Below are positions 36,901 to 49,827 of a stretch of DNA of 64,000 nucleotides, piece by piece. Position numbers and translations under genes: made by a program. The stretch is from Tubiluchus corallicola (Eukaryota > Animalia > Priapulida). The notes beneath the pieces are model-generated. The model was not told the origin of the DNA. It saw only the letters and a list, made by a program, of their open reading frames with translations, and made no database searches. Within the stretch, counting starts at the first letter, position 1, and each line of letters starts with the position of its first letter. The stretch lies in assembly GCA_030141605.1 (NCBI GenBank), contig JAQGDQ010000154.1, positions 186,001 to 250,000 on the forward strand, written 5' to 3'.

Positions 36901-39839
36901 ATTCTCAAAATTTTGAAACAGAAAGTCCTGGTACGCAAAGGCAAGAAAATCTGTATGAAGCTGTAGGTGAACAGCGTTTTAAGGACAGACAGTTAGATGA
37001 AAGGTTTTTTCCCATTCCTGAAACTGAAGAACAAAATTATCGCTACAGGGTGCCAAGTAGTGTGAGACAAAAGAATGCATTTTCTTCGACAGACTACAAT
37101 AAGAGACTTGCATCACCTGATGCTAGCAGGTATGACCCGAGAAGACAGAAAAATCAAGACCAATTTACCAGTGATGCATATAATGTAAAAACTGGCAGAA
37201 GTGCAATTCGTCAAACAACTAACATTGATACAAAAGAAGGAAAAGGACTTACTCCCGAGAACAAACCAGATGTGGTTAAAAAATTAGACTTCTATCAGGT
37301 TGCACCTCAAGAAATTGACAGTATCCATAACCTTTCTTCTCTAATTGGATTCATTTCACGGCAGCAAGAAATTAAGACTAATTCCAAAGTAGATGATAGA
37401 GATATATACAGGCCATCTCCAACTGTCTCCCATTTTATCCTTCGTGATTACAGCCCTGAGCATGAACTACCCCAACAAGATTCTGATCCAAGGTATGGAC
37501 CACCTCAACAAGATTCTGATCCCAGATATGGACCACCTCAACAAGATTCTGATCCCAGATATGGACCACCTCAACAAGATTCTGATCCCAGATATGGACC
37601 ACCTCAACAAGATTCTGATCCCAGATATGGACCACCTCAACAAGATGCTGATCCAAGGTATGGACTACCTCAACAAGATCTTGATCCAAGGTATGGACCA
37701 CCTCAACAAGATGCTGATCCAAGGTATGGACCACCTCAACAAGATTCTGATCCCAGATATGGACCACCTCAACAAGATGCTGATCCTAGGTATGGACTAC
37801 CTCAACAAGATTCTGACCCCAGATATGGACCACCTCAACAAGATGCTGATCTAAGGTATGGACCACCTCAACAAGATTCTGATCCCAGATATGGACCACC
37901 TCAACAAGATGCTGATCCAAGGTATGGACCACCTCAACAAGATGCTGATCCCAGATATGGACCACCTCAACAAGATTCTGATCCAAGGTATGGACCACCT
38001 CAACAAGATTCTGATCCCAGATATGGACCACCTCAACAAGATTCTGATCCCAGATATGGACCACCTCAACAAGATGCTGATCCAAGGTATGGACCACCTC
38101 AACAAGATTCTGATCCCAGATATGGACCACCTCAACAAGATGCTGATCCAAGGTATGGACCACCTCAACAAGATTCTGATCCCAGATATGGACAACCTCA
38201 ACAAGATGCTGATCCAAGGTATGGACCACCTCAACAAGATTCTGATCCCAGATATGGACCACCTCAACAAGATGCTGACCAAAGGTATGGACCACCTGAA
38301 CAAGATCCTATTCTAAGGTATGCACCATCTCAGGAAGTTTCAAGATATCAACAGGCTTCTGGTTCAAGTGGTTCAAGGTCCAAGCTACCTCAGCAAGTTC
38401 CTGTTCCAAGGCATATATCATCACCACAACATGCTTCTGTTCAAAAATATGAGTCACGTGAGCAGGCTTTTGATTCAAGGCCAGATCCTGTGCAAAATTT
38501 CAATCAGCCACCAAAATTGCACTTGCCAAAAGGCAGTGCACAATCACAAAACAAACTTGAATCAATACTTGAACATCCAGAGCAAAATGCATTACCTCAT
38601 CATGGTATACCACTACACCCTCACTCTAAGCAGCACTCTGCATTTGAATACGAATATTCAAGAGATTTACCAACTAAAGACAAGCAAAATTTGCCAGCAA
38701 CATATGAGTCAGAGCAATTGCAAGTACCACAACTTGAGGTTCCAGATGAACAGTCATTACCTCCAAATCGCTCCCCCATATCTGATGCTTTCCAGCAACC
38801 ACCAGAACTTGACTTCCAATCTTCACAAAAGCCACCTTTTCACCAGTTTCAGCCGCCCTTTGTTCTGGAATCCAACCAACCACAGCAATATTCAGATGAG
38901 AAAGAAAGCCCAAAAGGTACTGATTTATCTCCCTTGCAATTTTTACAATCGATTCAATATGAGCGCCAAGGAGCTGTATCTGATTCATTTCCAAGATCAG
39001 AAAATAAAGACAGAGCTTACAGTACAGCCCAAAGCTATCCACCAGTTAGTAACGAACATGAAACTAGAAGATCATCAGAAGAATATCCTGTAAACTACAA
39101 CAGCAAATCTCGTTACAGCGTGGTGCAGCAGTCCGAAAAACCAGACACTATAGAATCTGGTAGTTCGTCAACCCCTGACCTGCACCTGCCCGAACAAGTG
39201 ATTTACGCATCCCAACAAGATAGTCCTGTAATTTCTCCCCCGATGCGATATTTCACAGCAGAGGCACCACAAACGGATACTAATCAGTTTGAAGAACAAT
39301 CATCAATTTATCGTTTTCCACCACGTCAACATGAAGGACAAGTATTTGAAGTAAATCCAGATGGTGGTCGACAAAATGTTGACAATGAACACCAGAGCGA
39401 AGATCCTGAGTCTGAACAACAGCCTCCATTTCTTGGATTGACTCCTCTAGGACGCAATTACATTCCTGCTGTTGACATACACAAGTCTGAAATAGATGAA
39501 AGACCCACTGAAGCTTCAGACGGACAGCAGTATCCAAATTTGGATGCATATTACAGGCCTCAGACTATGCATATTGGAAATGTGCAGAAGTCGGAAGAAA
39601 TACCCAGGCAAAACAAAGAACAGCCATCACACAATCGTGAAAAACAATCCCAGGATGCTCCACGACTTTTTCCTTACGCAACTGGGCAAACATATTCAGC
39701 AAGTTCTGACAATTCAGACGTTCAAAATCAGGGAAAACAACGCGGGTCATACACGAGTTCTTATCCAAGAGGTGATTTAGACAGTTCTGCCTCTCGCATA
39801 TATGCAACGTTGCAACGATTTAGAGACAACCCTGAATAA
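33978..39839 (+). CDS. secreted Pro/Gln/Ser-rich, probably disordered repeat protein (~1965 aa with exon 1)
   Basis: 5.9-kb open frame in AT-rich DNA, preceded by a strong polypyrimidine acceptor ttttctag; 10-, 13-, ~29- and 11-aa repeat families; no Cys or Trp; AATAAA near 40339. Confidence 0.9.
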   Translation: MAIAVIARDTSISGGSSPRFQRPTTKHQRPIRTSRPRITGYQPSRPRLSGYQPSRPRISGYQPFVKSPPVNVQKPGTFDSSQKSLFESESRQKSDLFSRPSRFPPDSSRRRTSPSANFAPPQRGLSRQPPPDIELPKILPPDYQHDFSEFGFDISKSIGEPAKQQKSPKSNFKFPGGIDSSKDSGTELTNLPPLGNPDEAQSSGESFHPLSVNDQNPGAPRKFSFGKPALVPDDTSFASYGNVGTPTSPNFLSVKPRINRPSAKEFQHLPNSQDTLPSKTDEFQPFPQNRKFQRRFPGSGFSVKSVSQPELDQGGDINKQPFVPDQNKDVQEILISPGFPPQSVPPRPRPELGQEANPRYPPLDRDANGNPNYPSFTRDANENPAYPPFAREANEHPGYPPLTKGTNESPTYPPFAKDANDNFRGRFPSSGVFTPQVPPVSTKQTPPNLGKDTYENYPIFEQRENDNLQSRFLPPSVSGAQDRTELRQGAAPPQDDVEIPLPPFDINFLKQAQVPPFILEQLLNPPPEEETPRQSQPPVVRQETNSNFQPARRLIENSEEQSPTQQTLQRVTNPVSTGEKQIQPQPPPAFGLPSPLGYSPTAARDYQRPFDAIPQDTRPVLQGQVPLTEAERDYQRQFDARPTRERRPVLQAQVPLTEAEEDYQRSFDARPPQDRRPVLQAQIPLSEADEDYQRPFDARGKQPILQVQIPLPDAERNYQQPYDVTAIRDRQSALQPRIPLAAAATPNAVTETKTIADFDGQPPAQFFPAQKIPPFRQQTPGVSFSSVNKDGTNLKEFSLHEERTAPDVYVPHSVSSVRDNQPPLYQRQNINPYGSQSKGELGHENLSLKIPRFSSPPRNTAEGFRAKKYDTPISLPDQTGQRLQIYRIDNPHLPRNFESTDRKIGSLQDKPLQQPTRMVYPVQQLYRPPINLPEKHEENDNFAVREKLGQSFETAPSRRIFAVERDNNERVRSIHSQNFETESPGTQRQENLYEAVGEQRFKDRQLDERFFPIPETEEQNYRYRVPSSVRQKNAFSSTDYNKRLASPDASRYDPRRQKNQDQFTSDAYNVKTGRSAIRQTTNIDTKEGKGLTPENKPDVVKKLDFYQVAPQEIDSIHNLSSLIGFISRQQEIKTNSKVDDRDIYRPSPTVSHFILRDYSPEHELPQQDSDPRYGPPQQDSDPRYGPPQQDSDPRYGPPQQDSDPRYGPPQQDSDPRYGPPQQDADPRYGLPQQDLDPRYGPPQQDADPRYGPPQQDSDPRYGPPQQDADPRYGLPQQDSDPRYGPPQQDADLRYGPPQQDSDPRYGPPQQDADPRYGPPQQDADPRYGPPQQDSDPRYGPPQQDSDPRYGPPQQDSDPRYGPPQQDADPRYGPPQQDSDPRYGPPQQDADPRYGPPQQDSDPRYGQPQQDADPRYGPPQQDSDPRYGPPQQDADQRYGPPEQDPILRYAPSQEVSRYQQASGSSGSRSKLPQQVPVPRHISSPQHASVQKYESREQAFDSRPDPVQNFNQPPKLHLPKGSAQSQNKLESILEHPEQNALPHHGIPLHPHSKQHSAFEYEYSRDLPTKDKQNLPATYESEQLQVPQLEVPDEQSLPPNRSPISDAFQQPPELDFQSSQKPPFHQFQPPFVLESNQPQQYSDEKESPKGTDLSPLQFLQSIQYERQGAVSDSFPRSENKDRAYSTAQSYPPVSNEHETRRSSEEYPVNYNSKSRYSVVQQSEKPDTIESGSSSTPDLHLPEQVIYASQQDSPVISPPMRYFTAEAPQTDTNQFEEQSSIYRFPPRQHEGQVFEVNPDGGRQNVDNEHQSEDPESEQQPPFLGLTPLGRNYIPAVDIHKSEIDERPTEASDGQQYPNLDAYYRPQTMHIGNVQKSEEIPRQNKEQPSHNREKQSQDAPRLFPYATGQTYSASSDNSDVQNQGKQRGSYTSSYPRGDLDSSASRIYATLQRFRDNPE
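37470..38330 (+). repeat. 33-bp coding tandem repeat, 25 x PQQD[S/A]DPRYGP plus one degenerate unit
   Basis: Counted directly in the translation; frame preserved through all units. Confidence 0.97.
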
Positions 39840-41696
39840 GTTGCTCCACACCCGGTTGTAAACATCGTATAAATGGTCAATGTGGACTTCGTTTCCGTGC
39901 TAAGTGTGAAAGGTGACTTATTGGTGACCACATTGTGACCAGGACATGCTGATCATTTTTAGTCAAGTGGATGAACAAAGATAAGCACTGAGATTCATTT
40001 GACATGGCAATTTTGTAGCTAATATGGAAGGACATCTATTTTTTGTTACATATAATTTTTGTATTTATGATCTTTTTTACCAAACGTTATTGATATTAAG
40101 CTACCTAACTAAAGTAAATGTATGTGAAGGTATGAAGTAAACATGTTTATATTTTTGAATTTTGTTCTATTTTTGATTAGTGTGTAAATACAATTATCAC
40201 AATGTAGTAAGTACGGGACATTATAACAACTGTGCCGTTGATTAGATTTAGAAAATTGATAATTTAAATCAATAGGCCTGTAGAATGTGTAGATACTTTT
40301 TCATCGAACTTGTTTTTGTATGTTATAGATATACCCGTAGACATTTGAAATAATTTTTCTCGACAAAATATTGAAGTATTTATTTTGATCGGCTTCGTAA
40401 TAAACGTCTAAGTTTTTTTTGTTTAGTGCAATGTGTTTAAAAAACTTTCTTTTATTTTGCACAACACTTTAAAAATAACGTTTAGTCTAAGAATTCTTTC
40501 ACATAATAGCCAATATAGAACCCGGTTTAAACAATTGTTGTGTACAATTTTTGATGTTTTTGGTATAATCCGGTTACAAGTGAAAGGGGGCTGAGTTATT
40601 CTTGTGGCGTAGTTTGCTAATGTCAGTTGTGTACATACAAGATGCACTTTCCAAGGTTATAAGCATGAAGTAAAAGTAACTCCCTCGCGCATCTCGGAGG
40701 CGAAAAGACGAGTCAAAAACAAACATGGCTCCACTGTTTGTTCTGCTAACTTGTATGTGCACATAATCAAAAAACTGGTGTAGCCAAGAATGCAAGAAAA
40801 TAAGCAAAGAAGAAAGTTAATAAAGAAAACAGGGGATTGAAAGCACCGCTCAGTTCGACACACAATAGACTGAATAGCAAAACCCGAGAAAATAAGGTCG
40901 CGTGGTTTTGGCACTTTGTTACTTTAATATATACCACCTCGTATTCCATAGTATAATGTAGTTTGAAAAAAGTCGTTAGAATTATCTTTAGTGTACATAT
41001 AAATTGATGAACACGCACAAAAAAGAACTTTGCTATCCTTGACATATTTTACCATCGTATCTAATAGAACGCACCAGCTATTATCTTTTGCCATGTGTAA
41101 ACGGAAATCAATTAAGTTCGCTTTAAATTTAATAGTTTGCAAACTGTTTTTATTGACATTTGAGTTTAAAGGCAAAATATATCATTTAGTAAAAGCAGAG
41201 TTTAATGTTGTGCAAACTGCAATGTTATTTCTTGTATTTATGGACGTAGATCCTAAAATAACAAAGGAGAAACCGCGAGTGTAATTATTTTCAATTACCT
41301 TTGGTAGGTACGTAATTTGATATAAATTCAATTATTTCAAATTATGATGTGTCATGTTTCAAGGTCTTTTCCTGGAGTTATATAACCTTGCCAGCTGCAA
41401 TAAAGTGAAAGTATGTGAAAGTAAAAAAGGTTTGCAATTCAATAATTGCAAGAAGTTGGGACTGTTGGGCAACCATATTTGGGCATTGATTTAGGCATCA
41501 GTGAACATTTTATGGACTAATTCACTAGCTCATTTGAGTGGTCGAGTCAACGTCAACGGTCAATTACAACTCAAAACCTGACTAGGTTATGGCTAATAAC
41601 TTTGTGTAACTTGTAGTACCACATTTTGGCACAGAAACTTGTGACATTGAAAAGAAGGCTCAAAATTAAAGTTACATACGACGCAAAAACTACAAG

Positions 41697-42715
41697 ACTG
41701 ATATGCAGATGAATAGTTGGATACACGCAAACATTGGTTTGGTTATCCAACTTTTCATTTGTCCAACTCTTCGTCTGTCCAACTTTTCATCTGTCCAACT
41801 CTTCATCTGTCCAACTCTTCGTCTGTCTAACTCGTCATCTGTCCAACTCTTCATCTGTCCAACTCTTCATCTGTCCAACTTTTCATCTGTCCAACTCGTC
41901 ATCTGTCCAACTTTTTATCTGTCCAACTCGTCATCTGTCCAATTCTTCGTCTGTCAAACTCTTCGTCTGTCCAACTCTTCGTCTGTCCAACTTTTCATCT
42001 GTCCAACTCTTCATCTGTCCAACTCTTCGTCTGTCCAACTCTTCGTCTGTCCAACTCTTCGTCTGTCAAACTCTTCATCTGTCCAACTCTTCATCTGTCC
42101 AACTCTTCATCTGTCCAACTCTTCATCTGTCCAACTCTTCATCTGTCCAACTCTTCATCTGTCCAACTCTTCATCTGTCCAACTCTTCATCTGTCCAACT
42201 CTTCATCTGTCCAACTCTTCATCTGTCCATCTATTCATCTGTCCAACTATCATCTGTCCAACTCTTCATTTGTCCAACTATTCATCTGTCCAACTCTTCG
42301 TCTGTCCAACTCTTCGTCTGTCTAACTTTTCATCTGTCCAACTCTTCATCTGTCCAACTCTTCATCTGTCCAACTCTTCATCTGTCCATCTATTCATCTG
42401 TCCAACTATTCATCTGTCCAACTCTTCATTTGTCCAACTATTCATCTGTCCAACTCTTCGTCTGTCTAACTCTTCATCTGTCCAACTCTTCATCTGTCCA
42501 ACTCTTCATTTGTCTAACTATTCATCTGTCTAACTCTTCATCTGTCCAACTCTTCATCTGTCCAACTATTCATCTGTCCAACTCTTCATTTGTCCAACTA
42601 TTCATCTGTCCAACTCTTCATCTGTCCAACTCTTCATCTGTCCGATTCTTCATCTGTCCAACTCATCATCTGTCCAACTATTCATCTGTCCAACTCTTCA
42701 TCTGCTTATACAGTA
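41697..42715. mobile_element. MITE-like element filled with a 16-bp minisatellite (~60 copies)
   Basis: Unit tctgtccaactcttca; the left end gactgatatgcagatgaatagttgga is an imperfect inverted copy of the right end tccaactcttcatctgcttatacagta. Confidence 0.75.
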
Positions 42716-43057
42716 CCAGATTTTAGTGCGTAGTGGGTGACAGTGAGTGGTGAGTTGCACAATAAGTATGTCAATCATTTAGCAAACAAAAAAACTGCAA
42801 GTATTGAAATGAAAAAAAAACAACTCCAACAAAGTGAACTAAACGAAGTCGCCATCTGGTATCACGACACTAATGTAATGTACAATTGATCTGTAATACA
42901 CGACCAGTATATGAAATTACATGTATGAGATAGAGACAAGTGAGATTTTAACTGCATAAATTAGCTTTAGAAGAAACGTAATTTCATTGAAAAAAAGAAT
43001 AAGTCTATGGCTGCTTTTGTCTGCAGATGAAAAAACAATGGAAACCGTCATAAAGAT

Positions 43058-43312
43058 TAGCGTTCAGATTAGCGAGTTTTCTCTTTGACAGCAAACTGGC
43101 AAGTCTCAGCTGCAAACTCTGACAGTGGCTGCGAGTTGATTTGGTCTTCAGCATGAACGCCTCGGAAAGTTACGCTCGCCACTTCTTAGTGTGAGCTCAC
43201 CCTTATTGTCGGATAGTAACTTGCAGCAAGTTTTGCTCTCTAGTCTGAGTATGCTTGCGAGTTACTTGGCGAGTTAACTTTGCGAGAAAACTCGCTGATC
43301 TGAACGTGCCGT
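43058..43312. mobile_element. MITE, PIF/Harbinger-like family
   Basis: TIR gcgttcagattagcgagttttctc / gagaaaactcgctgatctgaacgt; related copies at 49828-50090, 63521-63696 and 63951-64000. Confidence 0.7.
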
Positions 43313-44509
43313 AATAGACAGAGACCCATTTAAAGCACAAGAATACTCTTTGCTTAAACAAAACTACAAAATTCGTTTTGAAATTTGTATCACCTACATT
43401 CTTCCTTATTGAGCACAGAGCTTGCGTTAGCAGCAACGCTATATAAAATTTGAAATTTGAAACTCCCGCAATGATACATGGCGCAGAGATATTGACGGTT
43501 GATCTTTTGAAAGAAGTTTTGAAAATAATCAGAGCATTCGTAGCGTACACTTCGTTAACTAAGTAAAATTCTTTACTTAATCAGTGATGGACACTGGGAA
43601 GGTGAGCCACTGAACCAGTTGGTGCGAACTTTTCAGCTACACATAGTAGCACTGTAGCGTGTAGCTGAAAAGTGAGTTCATTGTGGAATATGAAGTATTA
43701 TTGCAACTAATCAATTTGCTCGCGATCTTACACTATTAATTATGCAATATTTTAAGTCGTTAAAACTTTGCTCAAACTGCAACGGGAAATGACTTTTAGT
43801 GATTGAAATAGACTTGCGTAACACGCACATTAGGAGCATTAAAAATGAAATAACTTTATCTTGTCAGCATTGAATGGTACTAGGCATTTGATAAAATGCA
43901 AAGGCCAGTGCTGCTCCCATGGTTGGTTACTCACCCGTTGCATTAGAAAACTCAAGAATATTTGTAACAACTATAGATTCTAATTATAATGGACTTTAAC
44001 GTGCGGTCAACGAATTGCTGAATTTCATTGCAAATACAATCAAATTTTGTAAAAGTTTTACCCCCTATAAGAGCTACATTGAATTGCCGAGGTACGACAA
44101 ACATTGGTGATAATTGCGTGAACAAGGAGTCATCTCTACATTTTGCACAGGTGCAGTTCAGTGATTGGATGTGATTATTGTTTGAGGTAAGTCAATTCAT
44201 TACAAAAGTCAGTGCAGTAAATCAATAAATGTATGCGAGATTATCAGTTAGTGAATGTATGTGTATATAAACTACCTTAGAGATCATGTATTATTAGCCT
44301 TTATTTTTACGTACAGTTATAACAAATACCTTCTAACAATCTCTAAAATAATAAGCGTATGACTCACTGACTGACTGACTGACTGATTAAATGAAGTAAA
44401 TGAATGAACGAATCAATGAATGTACGAAAAATAAATGAAGACAGTTAATCAATAAAGTTAGTAATTAATAATAAACTGTAGGTTTACTTCGTCCTTTTCT
44501 ATAGTGTAA

Positions 44510-44965
<456 letters not shown>

Positions 44966-45394
44966 GTCAAAATATATCAATATCATCAAATATCATTAAA
45001 AAGAGAAGACAGACCAAAGGTTTTATTTATCACCATTATAAGCTTATTCTATATAGGGTTTCATTAGATGTTTCTATTTAAAAAATCGAAAACCTTTTGG
45101 TATAACTTTGTCATAATAACGAATGTAATTAGAAAAAATTGAGTTTTTTGCCATACGTATAAAGCTGCACTATTAAAAGAGGATGTATTTTTAAATCTAA
45201 ACGAACAATACGATATATCATATACAATATAAGTAAATAGATAATAGTTCAATAGGTGCCTGTATTTATGATTGTAATTTGTAAAAGAAATTATAGTGTG
45301 CAAATATCCTTCAGTGTACATCAAAAATAGTCGAAAATTCTCCAAATGTATTTTCCGAAAATGTAAAAATTGTTATGTAACATTTAAGCTGGTT

Positions 45395-46230
<836 letters not shown>

Positions 46231-46924
46231 TAATTTAGATATGTCAAATATATATAAATTGCTACTGCTACTCTGTATCTCTGTATGTCAATGTCACTGG
46301 TACGTCAGGTATATTGTCTTATTGAATGTTTAGACAAGACTTACTAAGACGAAACTGTTACACTTACAAAGCGCATCTTTGTTTACACTATAAACTCAAC
46401 ATCGTCGAAGACATTCTGACAGTCTAACCGTGAACTTCAAGAAAGCTGCTTCTAGAACAAGAGCTGTGATCCATGAAATGCGTTTGTTCTAAGTTTTCTT
46501 CTGTGAATTGTGCGCATGGTTTTTGATTTTTAAATGAAAACTGACCATTTACAAAATTTAATAAATGACTTCATTAAAAATTGAGAAAAATTTGTTTTCT
46601 CGATTCAGTTAAAAACTGATTTGTTAAATTACGCAGAAACTTCAATTGACCATTTAAGTGTATTATCTTATAAAGAACCGAATTTGATGAAGTGTTGAGA
46701 TATTGTATTGATATCTGATAGGATATCGTAGTTTTGATATCTTAGCAGTTACTTAAATACGTTCATTCTCCGTTGTTTACGTTTTTTAAAGAAGATAAAT
46801 ATTGCCTTGCTGATAAATATTTTTTATGGTTTTACAATACAGTTACAGAGAAATGACACCAGCTCTCCACAAGTGAGATTTCTATGCGTCTGGAAGTAAA
46901 CAAATGCATAAAGAGATGTGTGGA

Positions 46925-46966
46925 ATGAAACAACTGAATCAACTATGCCTTCTCCAGATTTTGCTG
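46925..46966 (+). CDS. Tyr-rich secreted protein, exon 1 (signal peptide)
   Basis: MKQLNQLCLLQILL|gtaag joins in phase 0 to VFGTVFG-KEPE; in-frame upstream ATGs at 46904 and 46916 are alternatives. Confidence 0.65.
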
Positions 46967-47621
46967 GTAAGGATGATTGGCCTATTAAGACTTAATATTA
47001 ATATAATATAATTTGTAAGTCTAATATGATGACAAATCCATGACCTGTGTAACTTAAATATGATTTGAAAATTTGATAGTTTAACAGCAGTGTTATCTTT
47101 TCGCTTATCACGCAAAAGAACAAATCACATATGAATAGTTTCATTATTCTTCATGAGCGTGTCTATGGCTCTAACCTTCTTCTTTAATAGCGACCTTGCA
47201 AATGATAATTACCCTGTCTGGATTTGATACAATGAATAATTTTTGCCGACCACTGACCGGTGTAGTTGAAAAGAACTAGGCTACACTTTCACATTCATAC
47301 CTGTGATTATCACAGGATGATCGAGGGCTTTGTTTATAGTTGGGTACAACAAAATAAATTGGCGATTAGCAAGATTAAGCTGGTCTAACATTGGACTTGC
47401 CACATTCAAGCGAACATCCGGGTCTACCATCACCCGGCTTACGATGGGATTTTGTTGATTATTTTGGTTTTTATAGTAATAATCAGATTAAATTATTACC
47501 ACGGCGCTTCTTTATTTGACCGACGGCTCAATGATGAATTTAATATAATTGTTACGCATGGTTAGATTAGTTCATATACTATAGTGTCACTGCATTATTA
47601 TTTCTGTTTTTTGACCTGCGC

Positions 47622-47925
47622 TACTTCTTGTAAAATTGTACAGGATGTCCCCTGAAAACTCGAAAACGCAGCCGCCAGATGCAAAAAACAAGGCCTGTCA
47701 ATAACGACTGCATCCTTTCTTTTTTTGTCTGAGTTACTTCTTGTAAAATTGTACAGGACGTCCTCTGAAAACTCGTAAACGCAGCCGCCAGATGCAGGAA
47801 AACAAGGCCTGTCAATAACGACTGCATCCTTTCTTTTTTTGTCCGAGTTACTTCTTGTAAAAGTGTACAGGATGTCCTCTAAAAACTCGTAAACGCAGCC
47901 ACCAGATGCAGGAAAACAATGCCTG
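47622..47925. repeat. ~114-bp x2.6 tandem repeat
   Basis: tacttcttgtaaaattgtacagga...gcagccgccagatgca at 47622, 47735 and 47849. Confidence 0.9.
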
Positions 47926-48584
47926 ATATCCATGTAGGTCGACATGAATAAAAGCACCACCCTTCCAGAAGTGGATCTAATTAAAACCAGTGGATATTTT
48001 AGCAGTCTAGGTGTTATCTTCAAGATCACATCGAATCGGTAATAAAAAGCTATGGAATCTAAGAAAGGAATCGAACAACGAAGAAGTATAAGCAAAGGTG
48101 AATAGTCAATTGGATCGATACTTGTACTTTGTATATACACATTTTATGGTATATATAAATATCTCCTCTATCTTATACTGCAAGGTGCGTTGGCTTCAGT
48201 TAGTGGTTTCCTACAAACTGACCAAAGAGAGGCAGAGCAGATATGAAATCTTTCACTCTGTTGGTGTTGTGTTAACAGTAAAAACCTGGCATTGCACAAC
48301 AACACTACCTTTGCCAAGAAGGTTTAAAACGCGAAATGCCATTGTTTCAATAATTGTATTTTTTGTCTATTTTTAGTTTGTACAGTATTTAATGTGCGGG
48401 ATACTGTTTCATGTAAGTTTTCAGTTGGATGCTGGACTTCTGCTTGTATTTACGATGTTTCTAGTGTCCTTATACAGCTAGCTATTCTTTGTTTGATGAG
48501 CACTGACAATTACGTTAACTGGAGTGAGTCAATTCTGTGCGATCCTCTCCTTAGCACCAACTTACTTCGTCGGAGTCACAAACC

Positions 48585-48612
48585 ATCATCATCATCATCA
48601 TCATCATTGTCG

Positions 48613-48647
<35 letters not shown>

Positions 48648-48660
48648 GTCGTCGTCGTCG

Positions 48661-48731
<71 letters not shown>

Positions 48732-48797
48732 GTCGTCGTCGTCGTCGTCGTCGTCGTCATCGTCATCTCATCATCATCATCATCATCGTCGTCGTCG

Positions 48798-48829
<32 letters not shown>

Positions 48830-48990
48830 ATCATCGTCGTCTTCGTCGTCGTCATCGTCATCATCATCATCATCGTCGTCGTCGTCGTCGTCGTCGTCGT
48901 CATCGTCATCGTCATCATCATCGTCATCGTCATCGTCATCGCCATCATCGTCGTCGTTATTTTCATCGTCATCATCATTTTCATCATCTA
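48585..48990. repeat. (CAT)/(CGT)n compound microsatellite
   Basis: Direct reading; source of the poly-S/H/D ORFs. Confidence 0.97.
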
Positions 48991-49100
48991 AGATGAAAAA
49001 AATTATCAGCCAGGAAGGCAACAACTCATCTAATAAGTGTCCATTGAGTAATAAGTGCTCATGTTTCTAACGCTGGCTAAATTTTTTTGCGATGTTTCAG

Positions 49101-49303
49101 GTTTTTGGTACAGTATTTGGAAAAGAACCGGAAGTAAGCTCTAACTTGCACATAGAAAAGCCGGAAGTCAATACTGAGAAGCTTAACCCAGCAGTTGCTT
49201 TTATTAATGAACCAGCAGCAGAAAATCCTGCCATTGATTATAAGTCGTATTTAAGAGAAACAGAATTGGAAGATAGAAATAAAGCATACGCTTTATACAG
49301 GAG
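49101..49303 (+). CDS. Tyr-rich secreted protein, exon 2
   Basis: tttcag|VFGTVFGKEPEVSSNLHIEKPEV...EDRNKAYALYR|gtgaa; ends in phase 2. Confidence 0.75.
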
Positions 49304-49827
49304 GTGAAACGTTTTATCTAAAAATGTATTTAGAATTTTAAAGTTTAAATTCAATTTTATTGATATTTTTTAGCCGATCGGTACGTTTTTACTCAGGTAA
49401 TAATATCAAATTACTGAGGTGATTAAATCACATACTGGAACATCACGCTAGGTTAGATTATAAATCGCGTCCCGGCGCTGTGCTAGCAGAAAGCTAAAAC
49501 TTCAAATCACCGAAATCTAAAATTTATCAATTTTCTATACAAAAAACGTTTATTAAGTTCATATCTTTAATCATGTACGTGTATTTTGCCAAATTTTTTT
49601 CTTTGTAAATAATTTTATTATGGAAGTAATTTACGTGTGTGTGATGTGGTAGATGTTGTAGATATGTAGTATCACAAAACCAACGCTTGAGACATTGATA
49701 GACTCCTTGAAGCTAATAGTAATGAATCTCCAGGGCTTATTTAGATAAATGCCTATTTTGGGGGGTTATAACTTTTGAATTCATTGCTTGCACATTGCAC
49801 TGATACACATAGAGACATAAAAGCCCT

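Noticed and set aside
37470-38330. RYamide neuropeptide precursor (PRYG repeats)
   Set aside because: The Gly is followed by Pro-Pro rather than K/R cleavage sites, so amidated peptides would not be released by prohormone convertases.
37393-39093. Alternative-frame and antisense ORFs inside the large exon
   Set aside because: Shadows of the 33-bp repeat and of the main frame's codon usage; no independent support.
41703-42726. 276- and 330-aa ORFs
   Set aside because: Artefacts of the 16-bp minisatellite.
47598-48140. 180-aa minus-strand ORF or RT fragment
   Set aside because: Mostly produced by a 114-bp tandem repeat; resemblance to a Gypsy RT PLVLV motif is too weak.
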